A DNA stretch of 64,000 nt from Lama glama (taxonomy: Eukaryota), in the NCBI GenBank assembly GCA_028534125.1, contig CM052816.1, positions 46,378,001 through 46,442,000 of the forward strand, written 5' to 3'. How positions within the stretch are numbered: the first letter of the stretch is position 1; each line of letters starts with the position of its first letter. This document shows, piece by piece, positions 12,791 through 26,823 of the stretch. The notes under the pieces are model-generated. The model searched no databases and was not told the origin of the DNA. It was given only the letters and a program-made list of their open reading frames with translations. The translations under genes were made by a program, and so were the position numbers.

Positions 12791-13580
12791 CATACACAAA
12801 GAAAGAGAGGCATGGCCAGGTCCTCACAGAAGCCTCCTTTAATAGGATCCTTGATACCTTCCTTCTCCCCAAGTGGGACGAAGGCTTCTCTGCAGGGCAT
12901 TCCCTTCCTGTAAGGCAGGCCCTTCTCCATTAGCCACGCTGTGTATGACTGCTTATCATCACTCTCCAAACTCTATGTTTCATACTGGTGCCCTACCAGG
13001 AAAAGAGGAGCTCTTGCTTATTTCCTACATTTGCTTTCTTGCCTGGAAGAGAACCAACATACTTCAATTCTGAATCATAAAGAAGTTGTGGTAAAAGCAG
13101 AATGAGAAATTCTTCACAAGCAAATGCCACATGGGTTACTTCAAGGCCCCATGCACTCTTGCTGAAACACTCAAGGACTAAAAATGTTAAAGTTAAGGCT
13201 GAAATGGCCAAGAGTGATTTAAGCATGGAGGCTAACACACAGTGAAAGTTCCCCTCAAAGATCCAACATCATGGGCTATCACCAGACAGAATTTTCTGTC
13301 AAAGATGAAACATTCACTATGCGGTCAGCACCAGGAGAGGAACTTGACCCTGACCAATTGCTAATTATTGCTTCACCTTCCAATCAGCAACTATCATATC
13401 ACACTGTCAAAGCTTAAATAAGTGCATGATATTTTCAGAGTTTGTGGCAGCAAATGGAGTCCAGGTGGAGCTGCATAGGAAAAAACAAGAAAAATGGCTC
13501 CTCACCAGAAACAAGAGAGGAGCATGGGAGGACAGATTCAGACACCCCAGGCTCCCAAACCCCCTGTTGAGAAATAAAGC

Positions 13581-13630
13581 ATGTGAGTGAGTGTGTGTGT
13601 TGTGTGTGTTGTGTGTGTGTGTGCGCGCAC
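13581..13630. repeat. Interrupted (TG)n microsatellite with (CG) tail
   Basis: gtgtgtgtgttgtgtgtgttgtgtgtgtgtgtgcgcgcac. Confidence 0.9.
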
Positions 13631-14719
13631 ATACAAACTTTTAAAATTTATTTTTAAACAGCCTCACTTCCTACCGACACTGGTGATGCTCTTCATTTTA
13701 TTATACATTGAAGAAAAGAATTAACTGTTGAAAAGAAAAGAATTATGAGAGATTGCTCTGATTCCTTCAAAGCTAGGCTCCAGAATTGACTTCTTATCTA
13801 TTACCGAATATATATCAAAAAGAAACAAAATACCACAGCTAAAGAAACAGACACTGAAAACTTAAATTGAAAATGTAACTGAAGCATCATGAACTGATAA
13901 ATACAGCTTTTAATACATTACTTATTTTCTTTCTGCTCCTTACAAATATAAAGGTGTTATGCGTATAAAAATATATTCACTTGAGTTGCTAGCAAAATAC
14001 TAAAGCAAAGGCATGACGGGGCACTCCCAGCTGCAGGAAACGTAAGTCACTTGTCCAGTCACTGAGCAGTTGGTCATGCTTTACAAATCTCTTAAATATC
14101 TGCCTCCAAGCTCTTCACCCAGGGGTTCACACAGACAGACATTTTTTTTCCTTCTTAATCACGTACCTTTTAAGATTCATAATTTGGGATGAGCAAAAGG
14201 CTCGGCAGGAGGTGGGGATGAATTAAAAACCATAAAATTGATGCTATCACTCTGATTGACATACCAGTAGTGCAGCATACATTTCCTGTTTGTCAGGAAT
14301 GAAAGGTGTTCACATTCTGTAATAATACCTAATAATGTTTTGGAAAGACAAACTGCTGTCTGACTACATTTTAGCAAGATGGATTTTCCCCCCTTTTCTG
14401 TCAGCAATGAAATCAGAAGCTAGAGTACATATTACAACCCTCTATAAAGGATGACCTAGATATTTAATAGCTGCAGCTATTCCAGTCCACTACCTGGACC
14501 TCCCCAGGTCTCCGATGCTATATTCTAGCATGCCCAAAATCACCATCACACCTTAAGACTAATTCAAGAGAGTGTCCAGGGAGCTAGCTGTCCAGGACTG
14601 CCATGATAAACTTACGGGAACTAGTATCCTTTGCCACCTATAGTTGTCTCATCACAAAATTGGCCAACCCTCTACTTAGAGGTTTGTCTAATCTGAGAAT
14701 TAAAATTCTGTGCAGGGCA

Positions 14720-14930
14720 ATAAAGAGAATCTTGCACAGAGGGATCAGGAGACCTGAATTCCTCTTGCTGCCATGTCACTGACTAGGTAACATGAGCAAG
14801 CCGTTTAATGTGTGCAACATCTCAGTGTCATCACATTTAAAACGGAGACAGTGCCACTTGCCACACCTGTCCTGTGCCTTCCTCCCAGGCCTTTCTTACC
14901 TGATGGGATTGTTGAAAACATAAAAGCAAA
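14720..14930 (+). mobile_element. MIR SINE
   Basis: gatcaggagacctgaattcctcttgctgccatgtcactgactaggtaacatgagcaagcc...ctcagtgtcatcacatttaaaacgg. Confidence 0.65.
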
Positions 14931-16794
14931 ATGATATTTTTGTAACTAGCACATACCCTCTGTCATGTAGATCCTAAATACGATTTTATACTATTAAACA
15001 AAGGATTTGGGAAATGCTGAAAGTCATCTATTTCTGGGGTGGTGATTTAGCAAAAAGAATGAGAAAGAATCAGTGAGATACTAGATCTTGTATGACAGGA
15101 CAAAACTGGAGAAAAAAATCAAATACTGTTACAGCCATTCAATAATTATTATGGTGAACTGTGAGCCAGAGATGCAGTTCTCAACTTGCAGCTTTGTTCT
15201 TAACATTTATATTCCTATTAAATCTTGATTGTAGGCACTGGTTTCCTAGGGTTTCAAAGTGTTAAAAGTATTGTTTGGGGGGAAGGAGCATATAGGGAAA
15301 AGATGAAATAAAACTGAAAATTTCAGGAGGAAGACAAAATAGGAATGTTTGTCTTAAATATTTTGATGTCACATTTTGGCTTTTTAATCTCTGGTATCCT
15401 GTTATTTCCACAGAAGATTTCAACAAAATAAAAATGTAAAATCAGTGCTACAATTATTGTCTAATAATACCAAGTTGCAAGTGTCGGGCACTAGAGTCTG
15501 AACAATCCTTTGTCTCCAGAACTGTAAACACAGATTTGGATGCTTGGGGAAGCCTACAGAAAATGGACCAAATGTAAAGGGGGGGATGTTCTGTAGATCC
15601 TGCTCTTAGTAATAATACTGTCACAAAAGAATCAAAAGTGCTTTTGAATACAATTTATTGCTGTTGTTTTTGCTAAATCAAATAAAGGCTTTAAGCAAAA
15701 ACAGGTTTCAAGCCTTCTGCTTATAATTGCACTTCATGTGACTTGACAATGCTGATTTCTGTAATTTTTAAAATCCATGTTTGGTAAAAAGAAAAAGCTT
15801 TTCTACTAGTTCTTCAAAGTTACTTTTAATAAAATCAGCTCATTAGTGCACATGCTACCGACGCAGTGCAAATGAAATTGTAGAAAAGCTCAGCAAAGTC
15901 ACTCCACTCCACTCAACTGGTCCTTGCTAAACCGGCAGGGGTGATGATGCAACCCTTTCAGGATTTGGGTGCATTTTAAATAATGGCTTGAATTAATTTT
16001 ATATTCACTAAATATGAAGTTAAAAACAGAATGCATGGATCATGTCCCCATAACCTTCAAATGGCAGCCCAAAGACCGCTGTCTGTTTCTTGAGTAGGAT
16101 TGTGACAAGGACTGGAAGGAAAGCATTAGCAAAAGGCATCTTGAGTACTATCAGCCTAAATCTCCCTAATTCCCCAAAGGAAAATATAATCTGGAAGAAA
16201 TAGGAGGTTCACCTTTTGGGTTTAGTCAATGATAACTTGAAGGTTAGGTTAAGCAATACCCACCCCTCTACTTGCTAATAAGTGCCTCACATGTGGCAAT
16301 AAAAAATACTGTTAAGTATTCAGGCTAGAGATATTCATCAGAAGGATATGATTGACATGGCTATGTACCTCGTGGCAGGTCTCACAGGAAAATATAGGTA
16401 CAAATATGCATAAGCCATATTTATATACTTCCCATAAAATTAGACTGGCATTAATTAAATGGCAGAAAAGGCAATGAGAGCATTGTTTGGAGGGTAGCTT
16501 GTTCCAAGTTCTGATTATAACTTGCTTTCCAAAGAAGGAGCCGCCCACAGCTTAGAAGACAGATGAGAAGATGATCATCACAGATTTGCTGTGAACAGCT
16601 CTGCTCAGTTCTGTGCCTGCCAGACTTGGGGCCACACGTACCCTTCCAAGAAGGCTAGAGAAGATTCACAGAGAGGGCACATGCTCCTTGCTCCAGCTTT
16701 GGAGCCAGGGCAGAGGGAGATTTTGTCTCTGGGTAACTTGAAACCTGCCTGCAGATCTGAGAACTGCCCTCAACAGCAACGTGGTCATCATCAT

Positions 16795-17020
16795 CACCAC
16801 AGCTCACATTTACTGAACACTTACTATGCTCCAGGCACAAAATGCTTTGCATTATCTCATCTTGTCTTCCCAGTAACCCCATGAAATGAATACTGTAATC
16901 ACCCAAATTTCATGGAAGGAGAAACCGAGGCCAAACATTTTCCACTTTTAACAGAGATAGTGAGTGCCAGAATTAAGACCTGGATTCAGACAACCTTACT
17001 CATTTAGACTCTTCACTTTT
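16795..17020 (-). mobile_element. MIR SINE
   Basis: agctcacatttactgaacacttactatgctccaggcac...cccaaatttcatggaaggagaaaccgaggcc. Confidence 0.8.
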
Positions 17021-17139
17021 TGTAACCATTAGGGTAGCTTAATCAGCTGTGAACAACCCACAGCCTAGACTTTTAAAATGTCACTCTACTTGCAAATCTC
17101 TTCCTATTTACTCATTGAAAAAAAAATTTATATATTTAT

Positions 17140-17250
17140 ATATATATATTTGTTTAGCCCCTGCAGAGTGCCAGGAACTGTTTTTAGAACTGGGAATTCA
17201 GCAGTGAATAAGATAAGCTCTCTACCAATGTGGGGCTTACATTCCATTTT
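17140..17250 (-). mobile_element. L2 3' fragment
   Basis: gtgccaggaactgtttttagaactgggaattcagcagtgaataagataag...ggggcttacattcca. Confidence 0.7.
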
Positions 17251-17259
17251 CCCTACACA

Positions 17260-17440
17260 TAGCCTCATTTATTCCTTAAAATAACTGTATAAGCCTGAGG
17301 CCATTAGTGTCACCCATTTTTTAGATAAGGGAGCCAGAGCTCAAAGAAGTGAAGTAACATACCCAAGGCCACAGAATTAAATGGGAGAACCGGGGTTTGC
17401 CCCCTGGCCTTCAGACTATTAATCCTATGTTCTTTTCTGC
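17260..17440 (-). mobile_element. MIR SINE
   Basis: cccattttttagataagggagccagagctcaaagaagtgaagtaacatacccaaggccacag. Confidence 0.8.
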
Positions 17441-18884
17441 TTGTTAACCCAACTGCTATAGTTTCAAGATGGCTTTCAGTAGCTGCACAGAATGTTAGTA
17501 CAGCCAGGATGGGAAATAAGACCAAGCCAACCTTCTTCTTCCTAATTTCTGCCTTTCTTCCAAATTTCTTCATCCTTAGTTCTGTCCTGCTTCAGGTAAC
17601 CACTGGTATCCACAGTCTCCCATTTCTGTACCCCCTACTCTCTCCACACCTGTCCTGTCCCTTCCTCCCAGGACTTTCACATCCCCCTTCTATCCTTCAC
17701 TCTTCCCACATCCTAACCTAAGGGTTAATCTTAGCTCCTGCTCTGCACTTGAGAGAGCAAGCCTGACATACTGTGGAAGATGATCAAAAACGGAGTCCCT
17801 TCCAGCATTACATCAGGAAAGACCTGTTCCCAGTAAGTCACAAATTTTATTTTCTCAGAATTCCTTGAGAGTTTTCCCACAGAAACACTCTCCATGTGGT
17901 AGTCATATTCTGTAGTATTTACTGCAGGTACATATGGGCTAAATATGTTCCTAAGGGCTGGCTAGCAAAGTTTAACAGTGAGTAATATGCTTTGAATTCC
18001 AATCAACCAAACTACAAGTGACCTCTGGCAAAGACTCCCTTAGTAACACATTCCTGTCTTCACTATTACTCATAATAAATAAAGAATGCTAAGGAGTTTA
18101 AAAAATTTAAATATATTATTTCTTAGCATTAGAGAGATAGGTCCAAACAGTAGCAAACACAATGCAGAAAGAGAAATAACTTAAACTTAAGGGTGACAGG
18201 ACTGGAGGTTGGCGAGATGAAAGACAAATGTTTCTGACTCGAGAGATTTTCAGGTCTACAGAGAAACCCTGAATGCAAATGACAGTCAAGCATCTCCTCA
18301 AACTCACTCTAACTTTTTTCATTAGTTGTAAGCCTCAGTGAGAATGAATATGATTTTGCTCAACATTATATCAGCTGCACAGGGCCTAAGATGTAATAGG
18401 CACTTAATGAATAATTAATGAATGAGGCAATGTCATCCTAGACTTCTCTTCAGCCACCCCCACCATTTGCTTCCCAACCAGCAGAGCCCTCCACTGACCA
18501 GCATTCCCTAAAACAAACCTGGCTGTTCACACTGGGCTTTTCCCTCAGATTGCACCTTTTGCCTGTATTGTCTTTTCCTCCTTTCCAGACCTATTGAAAT
18601 AAGATCAAAAATTGTATCTGCTGATTCCCCTAGGCTGTGGTCCTGACATGAGTGCAGCCTGGTGGCTGTACCCCCAACACCTAGTAGTGGGATAGGTGTG
18701 TGGCTCTCCCTTCCCCTGACTGGCAGGGCCTCAGCTGGGTTGGACTGAGATTGGGAGGGAGCTTCTTGCTCACCTCAGATCCAGGTACCAAGTGTGCCCC
18801 AGCACAGAAGCTGTGATTCCTCGGGGGTCATCCACTGGCTGGTAGGAAGTAGAGATTAACTTTCTCACCTTGTTGCTTCTTTGT

Positions 18885-18928
18885 CATCATTTTGCATTGG
18901 GACTCTGAAAACTATGCAGCCAGTCCTG
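18885..18928 (+). mobile_element. MER45-like hAT transposon 3' terminus
   Basis: cattttgcattgggactctgaaaactatgcagccagtcctg resembles the recalled MER45 end cattttgcactgggccccgcaaattatgtagccggtcctg. Confidence 0.55.
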
Positions 18929-20709
18929 GATCTGAGGGGAAACCATTGTGTTTTCCGTTAGGAACACACTGCAACTCTCTTTAGTTGTGAATAATCCTCA
19001 AAGAGCAGAGGAGCCCTACAATAGTCCTCTTGGCTCCTGGCTTTCACAAATGTTTACTGAACTGACTTGAGAGAGGAAAAATATCATTTCATTTCACACA
19101 CAAAAATATAGATAATTCCGAATCCAAGTGGACTGGACAGATCAGAAAATGGACTACATAACACTGATTCCTTTTACTTTGTCTAGATTATTATTCATCT
19201 ATTCAAGAGGTGAATTTGACAAATTTACCATGCTACTAAAATGCTTTTCTGCCAGATTAATAGAAAATGTTTAAATCTGGATTTGTAAACACATTCTGGA
19301 ATATGCTTTTCTCCAAAGGGTTGGGTACTGTTTGAATATAATGATGATTCAACTATTCATTCATAACCATCATTTTCCAACCACTATGTGCAAAGTGTAA
19401 CAGCAGGTACATCTAAAAGCTGAGCCCTTAATTTAGGCCTAAACTTGGCCCCACCCAAGACCACGAGAGACAGCTGCCCACCTAAAGGGGCAAATGGGAA
19501 CTGAAATCTAGCCTTTGCTCTGTCTGCCAAACCATGCACGCTGGCATGGGGTAAGCTGTGTGCAACCAGAGGAAGCAGCACCTCTTCCCCATAAAGTACC
19601 TTCACCACCCTGCCCCTCCTTCCGCACACACCTCCAAAGCTGCACTTGGCCCATATGATTTCTTTGCCTTTTCCAGAGTTATCACCATTCAGCTGAATGT
19701 ACTTTCAGTTGCAAGAAGATGCCAGAGTAGAGGGGAAAGGGTACACTGTGTGATTTCCAAAGGGATGGCCCCCTCTGACTGAAGAGGAACAAAAACAGTC
19801 TACCACCAGCAGATATTCTGTCCAAATTCTCTTTTTATAGCACAGTGTAGCTGCATTCAATACAAAAAGGTAAGAAATGAATGTGAATTACAGAGGAGAA
19901 TTTGAGTCATGATACATGAGTTAAACAAGAAAAGAATCGGAACCACTTTGCATCTTTACTGGCAACAGTTTTACCAAATAAGTGGTTTATTTGGAAAGGT
20001 GGTACCTTTCTGAAATTAATTCTCAACTTCTTTTAAAAGTTTATATTGTTCCTACCCTCCTTAGGCAACTAAGAGTAATTATTTTTATTGCTATAAGCCA
20101 TGCCTGTTGGTTTTTGAGAACATGCCATTAATCATGATTAAACTGTGTAGGCTGAGAAATCTCTAATATCTGCAAGAAAAACAAAATGCAACACAGCTGT
20201 AAAAATGTCTACCAACCAGTAAAACCTCATGTGGACTTTCTACAAAACCAGCAATTGGAAAATGATAAAATTTATATTTTTATCCCTATGAGAATTTTCG
20301 TAGGTTTACCTAAAATGGAAGAATAAAGTAAATTTCTTTATGATTTCAAATAGACAGTGTCTTTGATAAGTGTGCAAATCATACTGGAATTGTACACTTG
20401 AGCTTTTTAATTGTGACAACTCTGAGACATTAGTTGGTAAAGCAGATCTTGCTGCTCCCACTACCTCTCCAATCTGTTTTCAAATGGAACCGTACTCATG
20501 CTTCTGAGGCAGAGAGAGCCCCGAGAAGGTGAGCTTCTCTCTGCTCCTGCTACGAACTGAACTGTATCAATTAGTTCATTCGCCATTTTTGCCTCATCAG
20601 TTTTCCATGACATTTAGGGGAATTATCTTTCCACCATGATGCCTCCCCTTGACACCACATTTATGGAAAAAAAAAAAGAATTAATTAAAAAAAAGAGAAA
20701 ATTAAGTAA

Positions 20710-20920
20710 CCCTTAGTTGCAGTGCTTCCTATTTGTTATACATGGTACCCTTGTTAACTTCTTTAATGCTTACCACCTTGTGAGTTAAGTGTCACTGCCT
20801 TCATTTTTCTAACAAGAAAACTGAGGCTCTGTGAGGTTAAATAATGCACAGAGCCATACCCACACAGCTACTAAAAAGCAAAGCTACAATTTAAGAGTAA
20901 CACTAAAATCCAGGCTCAAT
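20710..20920 (-). mobile_element. MIR SINE
   Basis: catttttctaacaagaaaactgaggctctgtgaggttaaataatgcacagagccatacccacacagcta. Confidence 0.75.
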
Positions 20921-21482
20921 CTTATATATTATATTCTCTTTTTCCCCAATGGCCTTCCCTTGACTTTCTGCTTCAGCTTTAAGAGAGAGAAAGCTAATTT
21001 TCTGAGACCACCTGATATGGCCATCTTACCATGTCCAAATTGGAGAACAGGATGGAGTGTTCACTATTTCCCAGTGTTTTTCACTCCCTTGCTACTATGA
21101 GACAATTATCAATAAAAGATTTCCTTTAACTACCTTAGCTTACAGTACCAAATGCACCAAATCCTTGATACCAGTGAGATTCTGATATCTCAAAGGGCCC
21201 TAGGTGTGCAAAGAAGTCAGATTCCTTCCAATCTGATCTCATACTTATTGCCACTCCCCAATATATAAAATTCAGGGGGAGAACATAATTTGAGATTCAG
21301 GCAAATTTGGGTCACATTCCAGTTCTGTCATTTATTAGCTATATATATTTTAAAAATCTGTCTCAGTTTCCACGTTAAACACTGCTCATGGACTCAGGCA
21401 TATTTGAACATGTGGCAAAGGCTGGGAAGGCAGACCCACTAAGGATTAATTTGCATTAGAGATGGAAAAGCCCCTTGGTCAA

Positions 21483-21883
21483 TGTGGCAGAAACTGCCTA
21501 ACAGCTCACCAAACACAATTCTTCCTCCTGGGCACTCATGAAAAACGCATCTCCCCACATTGTTTGCACTTAGACTGCTGCTATGTCATGGAAGCAAGGT
21601 TCACCACTTCCAGTCATGGACATAAAATGCATCATATGATCTTCCTCACTCTTTGCTGGTCAGCACGCTAAATACAGATAATACAGCAGTGGACACCGAA
21701 GAGGTCCTAGAAAGTGATCTCACCACAAAATGGAAGAATTGGGATTCCAGGATCATAGACTGGGAAGCTGCCTGCCACACGGACTGTGATATTAGCCAGA
21801 AGAGAAACCTTTACAGGGTAGAGTCCCTAAGATTCTAGGGTTGCTTGTTATAGCACCCGACGCTAAGTATTCTGACTAGTACA
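21483..21883 (+). mobile_element. MLT1 (H/I/J-type) MaLR solo LTR
   Basis: tg...ca termini; 3' end ccctaagattctagggttgcttgttatagca...ctgactagtaca. Confidence 0.75.
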
Positions 21884-23454
21884 GTTTCTCAGAAGTCAGA
21901 GAATCTAAGTCTAGGGCAAAAATAATGGGTCATCAAAAAAGAAAAGGCATGATTTGCATTATTCCATAATTGATGGGCACTGCTTAGAGTAGTCTTTGGA
22001 CTGCTTCCCTCTCTTCCCTATCCCCACTCTCCCACGCCAGTTGGTACTAAAGCCACAACTATCAGAGGGAGGCTATCATGAAGACCTTCCTCATTACAGT
22101 CTCCACAGGACACCGACAATACAAAACTATATTGCTCTGTGGTTGGCATAACAGAAGGGGAGGTGGGGAGAATGTCCCCACTTTGACAAGAAAATAGCTG
22201 GAGAGCAGAACAGAGGAGCAGTAACGTGTCAGAAGCACAGAATGTCACACTAGTTACAAGAAAACAAGCAGCTCAGTCAGAAGTGAGACGAGACCAGAGC
22301 AAATTGAAACCTCAAGAGAGATTCAGCCCCCTAGACACCCCCACAATTAAGTGGGGCAGAATTAAGCTGAAAGAGCTCAGATTTTCATACCCATGTTCTT
22401 TCCTTCTTTATTCCCTTTTTGTGTTCAACTTCCCTCATTAAAAGTATCCCAACTTTCCAACTAATGCCTTTGAGTAGCACAATGATTTTACACTTCCCTG
22501 TAAAGGAGAATATTGGAATTACACATTGAGTGAGGGACACGCTGAGAGCTGCTGTCCATCCTCCAGTGGACTGCATGATAATCCTGTTACCCTTCCTATC
22601 AGGAGGTCATTAAACAATTCTGAAAGCTATTTCCTCTTACATCAGAACTGCATACAAAATTTGATCTAGTATTTTTACTGCAAGCTGTTCTGCTGCACAA
22701 ACTTAAATAACAGCCCCCTCCCTCGCATGTTTTAGATGGTCTTTTCTTATTCTTCCCTTGGCTACTAAGTGCCTTTGTAGCCTTTCTCTCAGTTTAGGTA
22801 TTATCCTGTGTTTTTTATCTTTTCCCGTTATTTCAACATCTAACACATTTTCTTCCAGTAGGATAGCCCCCCTCCACTAGCTCCTTTTAATGCTTTATCA
22901 CTTGTACCAACCCATGTTTTATGAATTTTGACACATTACCGTCCTATGCATCAGTCTTTTTAAATGTGTTGTACTTGGTGTTTTGTTCTTATTTTTGCTT
23001 AGCTATTTTCATGAAACTACTCATTCCATTAAATCTAATTTGTTTCTGCATTTCACTCAAAATCTCTCTTTTTATCTCCAAAGACATTTTACTACCCAGT
23101 TTTCTTCTTCCCTTCCTTTTTTCTTTTTTTTTTTTTTACAGAATGCAAACAGCCATGTGCTATCAGAGTGTGTCTGAATATATTTTCAAGAGCAAAAAGT
23201 TCTCCTTTGTAATCTTCTTGATCACGTAGTCCTTTCATTCAGCTTGAAAATTTGATTTCTTTTTGGATCCCCAGAACCACTAATTTTCTACCTCCAGAAC
23301 AGAGAGAACTCACATTTTTAACCACATTTGAGAAACTGGATAAAACTGAAATGTGCTTCTGGTGGCTTCAATAACACAAAGTGGATTCCTGCTCTCTGGG
23401 GAAGACTCCATAATAAGCCCCTATCACTGAATTAGCAATTCAAACTTCGAGGAA

Positions 23455-23870
23455 GTCAGTTTTCAGGAGTGTCAGGTTAGGAACTTGATGTTTTTTCAGA
23501 AATGTCTTTGCAAAACAGGAGCTTAGTTATCATTGGATGAAGGACACTGATTTAATCTCCAGGGGTGACTGAACCTGGTGTCTGGGGTTCTTCCAAACAT
23601 TTAAAGTCATTTCCAAATGTTTTTGATGCAGCACAACCCAAAAAGGATTTTGGCAAGTGTGTTTTCCCTTCATTTTAAAACCCATGCGTATTTCAAGGGA
23701 AATGCAATCCATATGTCTTTGATTCATTTACACTTAAATCATCTAAATGCCATTGTGTAAGAGTTATTTGATGTACAAGAAGCCTGTGAGCCTGTTTTAT
23801 AAGCCTTTTTAAGCCTTATTTCTTTGAATCAGAAAGTCATGTTTTGCCGGCCCTAAACAGAACTTGAACT
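23455..23870. repeat. Ancient conserved repeat, MER121-like
   Basis: Core gcagcacaacccaaaaaggattttggcaagtgtgttttcccttcattttaaaacccatgcgtatttcaagggaaatgcaatccatatgtctttgattcatttacacttaaatcatc matches my recollection of an ancient constrained repeat; family name and boundaries not verified. Confidence 0.55.
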
Positions 23871-26361
23871 GGGAAAGGCTCAAGTTCACTTCTAAACTGA
23901 AAACCCGCAAAGTTGTGCGTGGCTTCTGTACTTAGCAATATGTTTCCCCTTGCCTAGAGCTCACAAACACCCAGCATTTCTCTTCTCTGTCTCACATGTA
24001 GTGAGAACAGGGTAAATCAATTTTTGAATCACATTTTACTTGTAAAATTCACATTTTGAACCTCAGTTATCTCCCAGACACTGCCAGAAGTTAAAATAGC
24101 AACACTTGAAAATTAGGCTTTTGCTCTAAAAGGGCAAAACAGTCTATAAAGTACATAAATTACTGCTTCTGTACATTTATTTGTTTGACAGGTTTAAGAT
24201 ATAAGTGTGGCTTACATATGGATTTTCAGGATGCCAGATTGGATGCTCCACGAGCTACAGTCACAAATGTAACCTCTTTTTTTAAGACTTATGTTTGGGA
24301 GAATAGAATTGGAACAATCTTGCTGTTCTGCACAAATCTAATTGCTGTGTCAAAACAGCAATGGAATATGATGAACATTTGCATTTTTCTCATTTACTGG
24401 CCTTTTCTATGGCTTTAATCATACTTGCATTAATGGTCAAGAAGAAAGTATGCTGGACTATTTGCTCTATTGCTCCCTGACACTTTAAACATTTCTGATA
24501 AATTACAAACTAATACTTTAGGGGGTAAAATATCAACCTCTGATCTGTGTTTGGAGATACCCAAGTGATAAACACTGATTACTATGGACGTGGAAACATG
24601 TCCTGAGAATGGATACATTTTTCTCAAGCAAAAGCACTAATTATCTTCAAATGTGTGATTTCTTTGTTTTTATTTAGACACATCTTAGAGGTTGCATTTT
24701 AGTGAGAAGTAAGAAATAATGATGCTGTGATTGTCTGAAGAGAAGCAATATTTTAAATTTGCATTTAAAGCTTAGTGGGTGGAGATGACATTAAAAAGAA
24801 AGAAAGAAATCCAGGTGAACCTAATTATTCCTTATGCGCTCTCTCTAGTTCACATGTATGATAAACTATCATGTTTGTGTAATCAAAAGGATTATGTAAT
24901 TTAAGTTTGGAAAAAAAGGATTCGGGTGCTAAATCTAGCAAATAGTTAATTATGCTGAGATAATTAGACAGCAGAAAATGTTGGATTTAGTTCTTTTTCA
25001 TAGTTTTCATTAGCTACCAAGTCTTCATGATTCTCTGCAGGCAGAAATTATTAGTATTCTATTCTTAGGAAGAATGGTGTATGACTGACAAAGAATTAAA
25101 CTTTCAAAAAGCATGATAGAAGCCTTTACGTTGACCTATCCACATACTTTCTTTAAAAACAGATATTTTTTCTATTAAAAATTTGATATAACGGAAGTTT
25201 TAAAATCTCAGTTAAATTCAGGAAATACATTACGAAATTTCAGCAATCATAACACAACCATATATCAATTTAAAATACAAAGCAAAAAACTTGAGTTTAA
25301 ATGATTTTGCTACTATTTCACCAAACTGAACCAGAGAGTATTGATTAGGATGTGCGATAGATTAGTAACTCTGATTTTGATTAAAGCCACTAGTGTTGTA
25401 TTACAGAACTCCATGTCAGGATTTATATGACTTAACCAGAGTTCAGGTGGACATTTAAAAACTTAAAGAAACAAAGCTCAGCAGTACTTCCTGCCCCTGA
25501 CCTACTGTTCTGCAAACTCATCTCTTCCTGCTTTAGCTAAATTCACATCCACCTCGTAGACACAAAAGCTCTGTCACAGCCCTCATCTGTCATCTCCAAA
25601 TGACTTGCTGACTATCTTGAGATACAAGGAATTATTTACCTCACCTATTGGGTCCATTGCAAGAGAAGTTTCAAACCCAAAGGAAACACAGCCAACAGAC
25701 TGGAATATAATTGGAACCCTTGCAGTTACAGAAGGACACTACTCAGGCTGCAAATCTCATAAGAGTAAATTCCACTCCTGAGAATCCTACTTCTTCCTAT
25801 TTTAAATGCATTGGGAAATATCTTAATAGTGCTCCCTTGACACACTTATTTACCCACCAAAAACACACACACATTTACATAAACACAATACACATACATA
25901 CACACATGCCAATACACACACACCCTTCAACCTATATTCTTCAGTAAGCATAAGTTTATGGATTTTATTTCTCTAAGTGAAATTTTGAGTTCCAAATAGA
26001 CCCAACTGTACATATTGAAAGTTTGGGGGAAAATCCTTTCAAAAGAGAACCATAAAAATTTGAGAAACATTTTGTTCAAAAGATCAAACTGGTTCTTATT
26101 TTATTTAAATCCATTTACTCACTCCACACTTGAGCAGCGATATGATCTGTTATATAACAAGTAAGATTCAATGGAATGAAATGGGGCAAATAATCCTGGG
26201 CAGTGTTTTGAGATTCAATGAATAGTCATTACAAAATTCTAAAGTGAAACTTTAATGATCATTCTTCTTTTAAATGTTTGATTATTAAAAAAAAAACTTT
26301 AACTTACTAATATATACCTTTATTTCAAAGGACTTCGATGTTCAAAATGAGCATTCAATAC

Positions 26362-26823
26362 TATGGGAGACAGAATAATGCTGCCCCTAAAGATGATCAC
26401 ATTCCAATCCTTGAAACCTATGACTATGTTAACTTACATGGCAAAAGGGATTTTGCAGATGTTATTAAGGATCTTGAGAAGGAGAAATTATTCAAAATGC
26501 AAGTGAGCCCAATATAAACTGAAGGATTCTTATAGGAGGGAGGCTAGATGGTCAAACTCATAGAGAAGAAATGTGAGAAGAAGCAGAGGCTGGAGTCATG
26601 CACTTTGAAGAGGCCATAAAGCAAAGATGCAGACGGTCTGAAGTAGTTGGAAAAAAGTTAATTTTCCCCCAGAGCTTCCAGAAGGAACACAGCTCTGCCA
26701 ACAACTTAATGTTGACCTGTAAGACCCATTTTCAATTTCTGACCTCCAGAACTGTTAGAAAATAGTTTTTTAAGCCACTAAGTTTGTGGTAATTTGTTAC
26801 AGCAGCAATAGGAAACTAATACA
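26362..26823 (+). mobile_element. MLT1D MaLR solo LTR, complete
   Basis: cagaataatgctgcccctaaagatg...catggcaaaagggattttgcagatg...ccactaagtttgtggtaatttgttacagcagcaataggaaactaataca; flanks aatac/aatag (TSD 4/5). Confidence 0.92.

Noticed and set aside
13323..13340. REST/RE1-like gtcagcaccaggagag (also the half site ttcagcacc near 55653)
   Set aside because: Half-site spacing is one base short of canonical RE1, and the other site lacks the right half.
20509..20544. Small hairpin gcagagagagc ... gcttctctctgc
   Set aside because: Stem relies on low-complexity GA/TC repeats; plausible by chance.
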